Source: Candidatus Binatia bacterium
GTDB taxonomy: Bacteria > Desulfobacterota > Binatia > HRBIN30
Direction of reading: 5' to 3'
DNA length: 64,000 nt
Assembly (NCBI GenBank): GCA_038245295.1
Contig: JBBRSP010000003.1
Span: 320,001-384,000 of the forward strand
A program made the translations under genes and the position numbers. Of this stretch, positions 49,240-59,240 are shown piece after piece. The notes beneath the pieces are model-generated. The model did not search any database and had not been told where the DNA came from. It saw only the letters and a program-made list of their open reading frames with translations. The stretch's first letter is position 1, and each line of letters starts with the position of its first letter.

Positions 49240-51393
49240 TCACTGAACTCCAGGGACGCTAGTGAAGATACACGCCCCATCCGGTCCGGTGCAGAAGTTC
49301 TCGACCCGTCCGTCGGTTCGCAAGAAGGCATCGATCTGCGCCTGCGTCTCGGCGAGTTTACGCACCGCCCCGTGAACTCCGTTCTCGAAGGCAGGCGGCG
49401 TGTTTGTCAGGGGATTAGCGGTGCCGCCAACATTGTACGCGACAAACGCCGAGCCATCGAAAGGTGCGGCGATCTCCGGAACGCCGAACACGGGATAGAC
49501 GGTCGGGGCCACAGCCGGGATGCCAAGGCTGCGTACCTGGATGCCGGCGGCGATGGGTGACACCTGTGAGTCGTTGACGCCAATCTGCAGGAGAACCTTT
49601 TTGAGCGGATTACCCGGGAACGGGTTGCTGACAATGTGGTGCATGTACCCGTTCGGCTCGCCGCGATCCCAGAGCTGCTGGATCAACGGGAAGATCAGGA
49701 CCCGATTGAGCTCGTCGGGATAAGCCTGGTTGGCAGCGAAGCTGAACGGGTTGAAGTCGATGCTGCGCTGCAGGAGTGTACTGTAGTTGGCGCCGACGAC
49801 GCCGAGCACGCCGCGCTTGATGTCTGGCGACAACGCAACGACAGGGCCGCCTTCGACGCCGCCCTGGCTGTTGCCGTAATAGAATACTTCCTGCGTGTTG
49901 AGGACACCGTGCCCGTTCACCTGGAAGGCCGCGTGTGAGTTGAAACCGTTGGCCGAGTTCATGAGGCGGCCGAGGAAGATGAAGTTCAGGAACGCCTGCT
50001 GCAGGCGATCCGGCAGCTGGCGGAAGTTGCTGAAGTCGCCGATGAGGCGCAGCGTGTTGGTGACGTCGCCTTCCGACAAGCCGATGAAGTAGGTGCCGGC
50101 CGCCACGAAGTTGTAGCGATTGCTGAGCTGCTGCAGGTGGCCGGAGTTGACTTCGCTGGGGCTGCCGAGAAGGCCGTGACCGTAGACCATGGGACGAGCC
50201 GGCTGCGGGTCTGCACCTTCCAAAGCGACGCGCGGGATGTTGGCGATGAAGGTCGCCTCCATGGTGCCGTTCTGTACCGGCAGGCCGTTGGCGTCGAGGT
50301 TGTAGGTCGCCGGCGGTGTCGTCTTGGTCATGAAGTTCGGCACGGTGAACGTGCCGGTCACGCGGCGGGCGATGTTTTCGTTTACGTTGTCTTCTACCTG
50401 AGTGACGGTGAACGGCGGTGCCCCCGGACCGTTGGCGGCGATCGCTTGTTCACGGATCGACAACATGCGCCCGGTGATCGCTTCATCGCTGGCCGTGACG
50501 AAATCCCAGGCGATGACCAGGTCGTTGCGCGTCACGTTGGCATTCCCCAGACGGGTGAAGATGTCTTCGAAGTGGCCGCGGCGAGCATTGATGGCCTGCA
50601 CCGGCGTGTTGAGCTGGTCGCGGAGAATCTGGAAGGCGCGGCTCGGCTGAATCGAAGCGCCGGCGTCGTTCTTCAGATGGCGGATCGCCACGATGTAGCG
50701 ATGCGCATTCTTCAAACGAATGCCGGGCCGAATGATGAACGCTCGTGTGGCCACTTCCATCGCCTGCGCATCGAGCTCGGTGAAGTGGATGATATGCTCG
50801 CCGGTTTCGGCATCGATGAGGATGGTTGGGCTATCGGCATCGAGGGAGCGCTGGAAGTTGGTGACGCTGGCCGTCGCGGAAGCGGTTGTGTCGACGCCGG
50901 TCGGGAAGAGGGCGACAATCATCGAGCCCGGGCTGAAGCCGTCGAGCGTATTCCACTCGACCGGGTTGATGTGTACGCCACGCACATTGGCCGGCATCGA
51001 TTCGCGCACGTAGTTCATCTTGTAGCCGGTTGGCGTCGACGCATCGGTCTTGAGGAAGTACGACGAGGGGTAGGGCAGCAGGCAGTTGCCGGTGTTGAGG
51101 AACTCACAGGGGACGGTGGCCGAGTCGAGGGCGCAGAGCGGCTCGGCGGCGGCGACGATGGGGCTCTCACAACCTGGGATCGCCGTCCATGTCGGCGTGG
51201 CAGACGGCTGCGGCGTGCGTGTCAGGGTCTGGGTGCTGGTGGCGGTGGTCGTTGCGGTCGACGTCGCCGTGATCGTAGCCGTAGCGGCGGCCGGCACGGA
51301 TGCGGCATCGTCATCACCGCAGCCGGCAAGCGTCAACGCGAGCAAGCCACAACACACCCAAGCGGCCAAGCCGCGATACGTAGTCTGCTTCAT
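49240..51393 (-). CDS. Lipoprotein alpha/beta hydrolase (lipase-like)
   Basis: LAGC lipobox, Thr linker, YGHGLLG and YGNSQGG nucleophile elbow. Confidence 0.75.
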   Translation of the reverse strand: MKQTTYRGLAAWVCCGLLALTLAGCGDDDAASVPAAATATITATSTATTTATSTQTLTRTPQPSATPTWTAIPGCESPIVAAAEPLCALDSATVPCEFLNTGNCLLPYPSSYFLKTDASTPTGYKMNYVRESMPANVRGVHINPVEWNTLDGFSPGSMIVALFPTGVDTTASATASVTNFQRSLDADSPTILIDAETGEHIIHFTELDAQAMEVATRAFIIRPGIRLKNAHRYIVAIRHLKNDAGASIQPSRAFQILRDQLNTPVQAINARRGHFEDIFTRLGNANVTRNDLVIAWDFVTASDEAITGRMLSIREQAIAANGPGAPPFTVTQVEDNVNENIARRVTGTFTVPNFMTKTTPPATYNLDANGLPVQNGTMEATFIANIPRVALEGADPQPARPMVYGHGLLGSPSEVNSGHLQQLSNRYNFVAAGTYFIGLSEGDVTNTLRLIGDFSNFRQLPDRLQQAFLNFIFLGRLMNSANGFNSHAAFQVNGHGVLNTQEVFYYGNSQGGVEGGPVVALSPDIKRGVLGVVGANYSTLLQRSIDFNPFSFAANQAYPDELNRVLIFPLIQQLWDRGEPNGYMHHIVSNPFPGNPLKKVLLQIGVNDSQVSPIAAGIQVRSLGIPAVAPTVYPVFGVPEIAAPFDGSAFVAYNVGGTANPLTNTPPAFENGVHGAVRKLAETQAQIDAFLRTDGRVENFCTGPDGACIFTSVPGVQ

Positions 51394-51551
51394 GGTTCGG
51401 GCCTCCTCAGTTGATTGGACGCGGCTCAGTATCACGAACGCCAAGCCGCTGGCCATTGTCGCGTCACTGTCCGGTCGAGGTTGGCGGCTGTGCGGGATGG
51501 TTCGCCGATCAATCGGGAATCCCGCATGCCCGCCATTTACGGCGCAGGCGA

Positions 51552-52475
51552 CTAGCTGCGGGTCACCGAGGATACGCCCGACGGATGGGCTTCGTGTGTA
51601 ACCTTGGTGTGGGGTGGCACCGACTCGACGATCCACATGTTGCCGCCGATCACCGAGCCCTCACCGATGACCGTGTCGCCGCCGAGAATCGTGGCGCCGG
51701 AGTAGATCGTCACGTTGTTCTCGAGCGTCGGATGGCGCTTGCGATTACGCACCAAGGCGCCATCGCGATCACGCGGCAGGCTGATCGCCCCCAACGTTAC
51801 GCCTTGGTAGAGCTTGACGTTGTCGCCGATCACGGCGGTCTCACCGATGACCACGGCCGTACCGTGGTCGATGAAGAAGCTCTTGCCGATCTTGGCGCCG
51901 GGGTGAATGTCGATGCCCGTTTTTCCGTGGGCGTGTTCGGCGAGAATGCGCGGCACCATCGGGACCTGCTCCTCGAACAACTCATGGGCGATGCGATAGG
52001 TCGTAATCGCTTGAATGGTCGGATAGCTGAAGATGATTTCTTCGACGCTCTTGGCCGCTGGGTCGCCCTCGAAGGCGGCGCGCACGTCGAGGTTCAGCAG
52101 CTCCCGGAGATGTGGCAACTTATTGAAGATGCGTAACACGACCTGCTCGGCCCACGCCGGGTCGGGCGGCACCGTGCCGCGCGAGCATTGGCATTCCCAG
52201 TTCTGGGCCCTGGCAATTTGCTCGACGAGGATCTCATAGGCCGGGTGCAGGTGCTCGCTGAGAGCATAACGCAGGTTGCCCTTGTTCAGCGGGCGCCTGC
52301 TGTAGAAGCCCATGTAGATGACCGGCTTCAGGTGATTGAGCGCTTCGATTACGGCGCGTCGGTTCGGCAGAGCGGCGCTTTCGAGGCTGTCGATCTCGTG
52401 GCCGCTGTTGTAGCTGTCGGCGACCTGGTCGATGACGCCCTCGAGATCGGCGTAGCGGCTAAGGGTGGTGCTCAT
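51552..52475 (-). CDS. cysE: Serine O-acetyltransferase
   Basis: GDPAA, TGIDIHPGAKIG, IDHGT, LYQGVTLGA and KRHPT. Confidence 0.92.
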   Translation of the reverse strand: MSTTLSRYADLEGVIDQVADSYNSGHEIDSLESAALPNRRAVIEALNHLKPVIYMGFYSRRPLNKGNLRYALSEHLHPAYEILVEQIARAQNWECQCSRGTVPPDPAWAEQVVLRIFNKLPHLRELLNLDVRAAFEGDPAAKSVEEIIFSYPTIQAITTYRIAHELFEEQVPMVPRILAEHAHGKTGIDIHPGAKIGKSFFIDHGTAVVIGETAVIGDNVKLYQGVTLGAISLPRDRDGALVRNRKRHPTLENNVTIYSGATILGGDTVIGEGSVIGGNMWIVESVPPHTKVTHEAHPSGVSSVTRS

Positions 52476-52566
52476 CGGTTCGCTCCCTTGTGTTGGGCCT
52501 CGGTGGGGTGAGGCGGCGACGGCAGGGACAGCAAGGCATGCATGGACGGCAACGAATCCGGATGCA

Positions 52567-53343
52567 TCAGTAGTTATCTTTCATCTCGCGTGTCTTGGCG
52601 AAGATGCCTACGTCGTCGAGGGTTTCGTTCGGAAACCGTTCTTGGATGGTGGCGCGCAGTTCCGGACTGACCCAGCGGAAGAATGGGTTGGTGTCTTTCT
52701 CCGAAGCGATGCTTGTCGGCGTCGTCGCGTTGCCGGTGCCAACCTGTTGTTGGATCCAGGCGTACTTGTCCTGAAGTCGACGATTGCTTGGCTCGAGGGT
52801 GAGGGCGAAACGCAGATTCTTCTCCGTGTATTCGTGACCGAAGTACACCTGCGTGTCGTCCGGCAGAGCCATGAGTTTGCTGAGCGACTGCAGCATCATG
52901 GCCGGGTTGCCTTCGAACAGGCGGCCGCAGCCGCCGGCGAAGAGAGTATCTCCGGTGAACACAGCCTTGTCCTCTTCGAAGTAGTAGGCGACGTGGCCGG
53001 TAGTGTGGGCTGGGATGAAGACGATGCGGGCATGCAGTGTGCCGACGGAAATGCTGTCGCCCTCGGCGACTTCGTCGGTCGCACCGGGGATCCGGTCGCG
53101 CTGGCCGCTGTAGGCGTACACGCGCAACCCGGGGAAGTGTTGCAGCAGGTCGAGGTTACCGCCGACATGGTCGAAGTGGTGGTGCGTCGGCAAGATCGAC
53201 TTCAGGGTGCAACCCTCGCGGCGCACCGCTTCGATCACCGCAGGGGCCTCGGCGCAGTCGACCACGGCGGCCTCCTGGGTCGCCTCGTCGATGATCAGAT
53301 ACGCGAAGTTGTCGGACAGTTGTTTCACCACGACGACACGCAT
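52567..53343 (-). CDS. gloB: Hydroxyacylglutathione hydrolase (glyoxalase II)
   Basis: THHHFDHVGG, FTGDTLFAGGCGRLFEG, GHEYT and EKDTNPF. Confidence 0.93.
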   Translation of the reverse strand: MRVVVVKQLSDNFAYLIIDEATQEAAVVDCAEAPAVIEAVRREGCTLKSILPTHHHFDHVGGNLDLLQHFPGLRVYAYSGQRDRIPGATDEVAEGDSISVGTLHARIVFIPAHTTGHVAYYFEEDKAVFTGDTLFAGGCGRLFEGNPAMMLQSLSKLMALPDDTQVYFGHEYTEKNLRFALTLEPSNRRLQDKYAWIQQQVGTGNATTPTSIASEKDTNPFFRWVSPELRATIQERFPNETLDDVGIFAKTREMKDNY

Positions 53344-53437
53344 GCGTTCCTCCTTTCGTGATCCATGCCGCAGTGCCTACGTAGGCACAAGATGAGCCCC
53401 TTCGGGAAGGAGGAATGCTCTTTCCCGCTTTCACGCT

Positions 53438-54445
53438 TCACTCTTCCCCCTTCTTCTCCAGCCGTCGTACCCGCCGTAGCAGCTCGGGCAGCTTGAGCAC
53501 GGCTGCCGAGACGCGACGGAAAGCGTGGATATCCATGGCCGGATATCCCGAGACAATGGCGCCGGGTGCCACATCATTGGGAACACCGGCCTGGGCTCCA
53601 ACCTGCGCCCCGTCGCCGATGTTCAAATGCCCGGCCATGCCGGCCTGACCACCAACGCGCACGAATCGGCCGATGCGTGTGCTGCCGGAGAGGCCGACCT
53701 GGGCTGCCAGCGCCGAGCCTTCGCCGATCGAACAACCGTGGGCAATCTGCACCAGGTTGTCGATCTTGACGCCGCGGCGCAGGATCGTGGCGCCGACCGC
53801 GGCGCGGTCGATTGTCGTATTGGCGCCGATCTCGACGTCGTCCTCGAGAACGACATGACCAGCCTGGGTGATCTTGCGGACGCTGCCGTCGTTGCCGAGG
53901 ACGTAGCCGAAGCCGTCGCCGCCGATGACGGCGCCGCATTGTAAAATAACTCGATCCCCGAGGACGACGCGCTCGCGCACCACGACGTTGGCGAAGGCGC
54001 GGAAGTCATGGCCAACCCGCACCTCGGGATAGAGTACGACATGGGCATCGAGGCGGGCGTTGTCGCCGAGCACGCAGCCTTCGCCGATGACGCAATAGGG
54101 CCCGACACGCGGGTTGGCTCCGAGCCGGGCGGTTGGCGCAATGACGGCGCTCGGGTGGATCCCGATGAAGCTTGGTGGCGGCGTGTAGAACACGTCGATG
54201 GCGTCGGCGAAGCTGAGATATGGATTGTCGGCGCGCAGGCAGGGAAGGGGAACATTTGCTTCGGAATGTCCGACGATCACCGCCGCCGCGGCCGTATCAC
54301 TCAGATACTTGCGGTAACGCGGATTGGCTACAAAGCTGATCTCGCCCGCCTGCGCGTTTTCGATCGGCCCGACTCCCTTGATGTCGATGCCGCCATCGCC
54401 GTCGAGCTTGCAGCCGAGGCGCTGTGCCAATTCACCAAGCTTCAT
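53438..54445 (-). CDS. lpxD: UDP-3-O-(3-hydroxyacyl)glucosamine N-acyltransferase
   Basis: Hexapeptide repeats; GGDGFGY, EIGANTTIDR and KIDNLVQIAH. Confidence 0.95.
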   Translation of the reverse strand: MKLGELAQRLGCKLDGDGGIDIKGVGPIENAQAGEISFVANPRYRKYLSDTAAAAVIVGHSEANVPLPCLRADNPYLSFADAIDVFYTPPPSFIGIHPSAVIAPTARLGANPRVGPYCVIGEGCVLGDNARLDAHVVLYPEVRVGHDFRAFANVVVRERVVLGDRVILQCGAVIGGDGFGYVLGNDGSVRKITQAGHVVLEDDVEIGANTTIDRAAVGATILRRGVKIDNLVQIAHGCSIGEGSALAAQVGLSGSTRIGRFVRVGGQAGMAGHLNIGDGAQVGAQAGVPNDVAPGAIVSGYPAMDIHAFRRVSAAVLKLPELLRRVRRLEKKGEE

Positions 54446-54641
54446 CAAACCCTCCCCGACGGCTTTGGTCCCGCCCGTTCGATCATCGGAGCCGCGACCT
54501 TAGCCCGCCGCCCGCCGCAGCTGTAGGCCACCCGGGAAAACGCTTCTGGCCCTTCGATTGGCGGGTGACGTTGACCAGCGGCCCCGCCAACGGGTAGGCA
54601 TGGCCGGTGCGTTGCAGAAGCCTGAGGTTACCGCGGCACCG

Positions 54642-55975
54642 ATGAAACCAGCCTCGCTGCGTGTGCTCCTCCTGAAGCCAAGCAAATACGGCGTCGACGG
54701 ATACGTCGAGCGTTTCCGGCGCGGCTTCATGCCGAACAGCACGTTGCCGCACCTCAACAGTCTAACCCCGCCGCGCCACAACGATTGTGTCATCACGACA
54801 CAGGCGATCGATGAGTATGTCGAAACCGATCTCGATTACTTGCGATTGCTGCAGCGCGACCGCGATCGACCGACGTTGTTGGCCCTGGTGGGTGTTCAGA
54901 GTCATCAGTTTCATCGCGCCCTCGACCTCGCGGCGTATGCGCGGCGGCATGGGGTCGAACACGTCGTTCTGGGCGGCCCCCATCCGATGACCTGCGACAC
55001 CGAGTCGCTTCACGGGCGCGGCGTCAGTTTCGCCGCGGCGGAGGCGGAGATCGTCTGGCCAACGATTCTCGAGCATGCGATGGGGGAAGGGCTGCGGCCA
55101 TTCTACGGCGACGACGAGCGTTGGATCGCAACGTTGGATCCGCCGGCCCTCATCCCACCGCCGGAAAGCAACATGCGCAAGTACGCCGTGCAGATGCTCG
55201 GCATCTATCCGGCGCGTGGCTGTCCTTACCGGTGCAGTTTCTGCTCGGTGATCAAGATCGCCGGCCAGCGTATGCGCGGCCAGCCGGTCGAGACGACGAA
55301 TGCGGTCGCTACGCGCGGCAAAACAGGCAGGCATCCTGCTCATCATGTTCACCAGCGACAATTTCAACAAATACCCCGAGGCTGCGGAGCTCTTGCAAGC
55401 AATGATCGACGAGCGCCTTGAGCTACCATTCTTCGTTCAATGTGACGCGCAAGTCGTCGATCAACCCGAGCTCGTCGCGCTTCTTGGACGAGCCGGCTGT
55501 TACCAGATGTTTGTCGGTGTCGAGTCGCTCGATCGGCGCACACTGATGAGTGTGCACAAGTCGCAAAATCTTCCGCAACGCTACGGCGAGCTCGTCGAGC
55601 TCTGTCGGCGCAGCGGCATCGCGGCGCACTTCTCCAACATTCTCGGCTTCCCCAGTGATACCGCCGCCAGCATCCGAGGACACATCGACGCCTTGCGGCA
55701 GCTGCGCCCGGATGTCGCGTCTTTCTACATCCTCACACCCATTCCCGGCACCGAGCAGTGCGACTATTGCCACGCCGGCATACTCGTTCCTGTCGCGATA
55801 CAATGCGGCTCGACGCAGGCATCCGATGGCGGGCGGGTTGGGGCGCGTCAGTCTCGATCACGTGAACGATTACCTGCCACTGCGGCGCTCGACGTTCGAC
55901 ATCGAGCTGGCGCCGCTGCCGCGTAGTTTGCCGGTCGAACGGCAGGTCGTCGGCCGGCTCGCCGCACGGCGGTAG
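54642..55975 (+). pseudogene. B12-binding radical SAM protein, broken by a frameshift near 55299 and a frameshift/deletion near 55760
   Basis: LGGPH and RGCPYRCSFC in the first frame; SDNF, FVGVES and LTPIPGTEQ in the second; C-terminal piece in a third segment. Confidence 0.75.
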
Positions 55976-55995
55976 GCGCGGGCTTTTAGCCGGCG
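55972..55995. repeat. Single degenerate GTAG-type REP at a convergent gene junction
   Basis: GTAGGCGCGGGCTTTTAGCCGGCG resembles the REP at 41226 and contains both stop codons. Confidence 0.5.
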
Positions 55996-57258
55996 CTGCG
56001 TTTGAAGCCGACGCGGCGTTGTCGGATGTCATCACGCGCCAGAACCAGCAGCGGAACGAGAACGCACAGGAGCCCGAATGCATCGCCGAAGCGGGCGTAG
56101 AAAGTGAGATCGCTATGCGGCTCGATGGTGCCGCGCACAGTGACGGCGTGGCCGGGGGCCGAGTGCACCGCGATGTCGCCGGTCGGCGTGATGATCGCCG
56201 ATGGTCCCGACGTCGAGGCGCGGATCAGGTAGCGTCGCTGTTCGACGGCGCGCAGCCGGCCATCGGGTCCGAGCAGGAAGGCCGAGTTGAAGTGCTGCTC
56301 CGGCGTCGCGCCGAGGCGCGGTCCGCCGGCGATCAAGTCGCTGCCGTAGTGGTCGAGTAAGGAAGCCAACGCCGCCCGATAGGATGGCTCGGTTTCGATC
56401 AGGAACGTCATGGCGCTTTCCGGCCAGACTACGAGGGCGGCGGGATGATCGCGGAGGGCGTTGGCTGTCAGCCGCATGTAGGCGTCGAGGTTGGTGCCAT
56501 AGAACTCGCGTTTCCACTGTGCGCCGAGATCGAGATTGCCTTGCGCAATGACGACCGTGCCGCTCGCCTCAGCCACGGATGTGAGTTGGCGCAGGCGCAG
56601 CTGGCCATACGCGGCGACAATCGCCACGGTAGCGGCGACCGTCAGAAGGCCGCCGACGGCGGCGCGCTGCGCGGCGTCGGACGCGGCATGTCGCGCAAGC
56701 AGCAGTTCGACGATGACAATGTTCGCGGCGGCGAGGACGGCGCTGATGCCATAGACGCCGGTGATGTCGGCGACCTGCACCAACCACAGCTGCTCCACCT
56801 GTGAATATCCGAAGAGGCCGAACGGATCGCCGATGAACAATCGCGTGCGGGCCAGCTCCATGCCGGCCCACGCCATCCCGCCGAGCAACGGTAGGAGGAT
56901 GCGCGGTCGCCGTGCGAGGCGCCGATAGAGCAGTGCGAAGGCGACGACGTATGGTCCGACGGTGAGAGCCCAGACGCCACCGAAAAGCAGCAGGCCGAGG
57001 ATCAACGGCTGTTGGTAGTAGTCAGCAACCGCACGCGGCAGCCAAGGTGTGCAGTAGTAGCTACCGAGAAGTGTCGTGACGCCGGAAAGCACGACGGCCG
57101 CCAGCGGCCCACTCACCCTCAGCGCGCAGAACCACGGAACAAACGCGATCCATTCAATCCACCAAACACGGGCGAGTGGGAAGCCGAGTCCATGCAAGGG
57201 CGGGCGTGATCAGCACGGCGGCGAGCCAGACGCCGAAGAGGCGGTGAGTCTTTTCCAT
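55986..57258 (-). pseudogene. lnt: Apolipoprotein N-acyltransferase-like gene with a 5' frameshift and an internal in-frame deletion
   Basis: GYSQ, QVADITGVYG, QGN, VWPES and FNSAF followed directly by RAVEQRR; the K..PFGE and ICYE segments are absent; frame break near 57198. Confidence 0.8.
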
Positions 57259-57750
57259 GGTCGAAGCGCGAGCCCTCAGAGCATGGCGCGGGGTCGGTCC
57301 GCAAGCCGCGAGCCGGTGAGCGGACGGTCCAGCCAAGTTCAGGAAGATCCCATGCGAAACCGCAAAGAAGCGCGCGCGGCAAGTTTTCGCCGTTCTTGCC
57401 ACAGCGCTACGACGCAATAGGAGGCCCGCAGAGCCCCGCTCGGCAGCCGGGATGGCTTACCCTACGCACCCAAACTCAACGTTTTTCGGCAATCTGCGAC
57501 GACACGCGCTGAAATGATTGAGCTTTCAAGCCGCTCGACGAAGCGATGGGCGGCGATCTCAGGAAGAGGGGACGGCGGAATGGGCCATGACTGATATCCT
57601 GCTGGAACGCCCGACGGCCTGCGCGGCTTTGCCCCAGGTAAAGCCGCCCTGCGCGAACCCCCTAACGTTATGACCCATCGTTCACTTTCCGCTCGTCACG
57701 CGGTGTGGCCACCTTGACCCGCGGCGTCTGGGCTGGCACGACCGGCGGCG

Positions 57751-58242
57751 GTGGAGGCAATCGACAAACAAGAGGTGCTGCGGTTGCTGCGGCAGCGACT
57801 GGCGGATCAGTTGGCGACGCTGACGGCGTCGCAACATGCGGCGCAGTCCGGCGCCACCCACGAGGAGAGTCGGCAGGAGCATCCGAAGGACACCCGCGCC
57901 ATCGAAGCGCAGTACCTGGCGCGCGGCCTGGCCAGTCGCGTCGAAACATTGCACGCGGCCGTGACCCGACTGACGAATCTGCGCCTCGACAAGTTTGGCG
58001 AGGCGGACGAGATCGGCCTTACCGCCCTGGTGGGTGTGTCGAACGACCAAGGCGAGCCGGCGGTCTACTTCGTCGTGCCGGTCGGCGGTGGCGAGACGAT
58101 CCCCATCGGTGGCTCCTCGGTGCAGGCGGTTACACCCACCTCGCCGATCGGCCGTGCGTTGATCGATCGACAGGTCGGCGACGAAGCGACCGTCGAGCTG
58201 CCCGGCGGACGTTCGGTGCTGGCCATCGACTGGGTCGCCTAG
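57751..58242 (+). CDS. GreA/GreB family elongation-factor-like protein
   Basis: ATHEESRQEHPKDTRAIEAQYLARG; VTPTSPIGRALI..VGD. Confidence 0.82.
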   Translation: MEAIDKQEVLRLLRQRLADQLATLTASQHAAQSGATHEESRQEHPKDTRAIEAQYLARGLASRVETLHAAVTRLTNLRLDKFGEADEIGLTALVGVSNDQGEPAVYFVVPVGGGETIPIGGSSVQAVTPTSPIGRALIDRQVGDEATVELPGGRSVLAIDWVA

Positions 58243-58487
58243 TTCTATGAGGCTGGCGGAACCCGGCTAAAGAGACTGTCGTAAAACCAAAGTAGAGCAA
58301 CGTCATCCCGGTGAAAACCGGGATCTCCCAGTGCTGGAAGCCTCGAGATCTGGCGAGATACCGGCTTTCGCCGGTATGACGGATAGGTCTGCTCGGTTTT
58401 AAATATGGTTTTCGAGTAAATCGACACACTCTAAACGCGGAACGCGCAAACCTACCGAGTTGCAAACACGCCCTCGTGGCTCAGATG
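58239..58487 (+). repeat. Duplicate of the tRNA-Arg upstream region plus first 18 nt of the tRNA (attL-like), interrupted by MITE C
   Basis: Aligns with 60840-60927; 45 of 47 nt identical over 58441-58487 vs 60881-60927. Confidence 0.85.
58272..58431. mobile_element. MITE copy C (simplest form, 160 bp)
   Basis: TIR GAGACTGTCG / CGACACACTC; duplication TAAA at 58268-58271 and 58432-58435; two inverted REP hairpins inside. Confidence 0.85.
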
Positions 58488-59240
58488 TTTACGCGGTCAA
58501 AGCGATTCTCAGATCAAAGTCGAAGTCGTTCTCAAAGCCCGGTGCCTCCGAGAAGATCGGCAGAAGTTCGATTGCTTCTAGGCACGCTGCCGCCACTGAT
58601 TCCGCGCTACCGACATTGGTTATGTACCACCAGCTTTCCCCACCTGCCTCAGGCGGCCCGGCGACCCAAATTGTCACCCAGGGAACCCGGCGGGGGTTCA
58701 GCTTGCGGTCCAGAATGATGCCAAGCTGCCAGAGATCTTCGCTTGGCTGCGTCGGGTCAGGGAAGCGCCGTCGCTTCGATTCACGCCTCCATCTACTTCT
58801 GCCCCCGCGCTGGTCATGACGGGCTTCGCTACCAGCGGCCGCGGATGAGTACAAGCCGAGCCGTCCGCGGGTCGTGCTCTAGTTTGAATTGGTCCTCGCC
58901 GATGGTGCATCTGGACAGGGACCAGCGAGTGCGAAGCCAACGGTCCCGACCGTTTCGGGAATCCCGACGCTATTCATGCAACACTCAGCGCTTGCAGAAG
59001 GACATGCCGAGCCAGGAGTGGTGCCGAGATTGATTGCAACCATGGCGGCCCGTTCATCAATCGTAACGTCACCATCCCACCCTCGCTATCGCTGCAAGGC
59101 ACTCGCGAGATTGACATCGCTCCGCTTCTGAAGGCAAGGGAGCGCACGCCAACTGGGACGGCAGCTGAACCAGTGACTTTCCATCTGGAATCTCCGGCAA
59201 CGGCAGTCGTTCTGCGACGCAGACACGAGGGGGGAAGACC

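Noticed and set aside
55290..55310. Programmed frameshift in the radical SAM gene
   Set aside because: No slippery run, and a second lesion exists downstream; decay or a sequencing error is more likely
58470..58487. A second tRNA gene
   Set aside because: Only the first 18 nt are present; there is no anticodon arm or T arm
58489..58854. 121-aa minus-strand ORF as an integrase remnant
   Set aside because: No recognisable tyrosine or serine recombinase motif; it may be a gene fragment but cannot be supported
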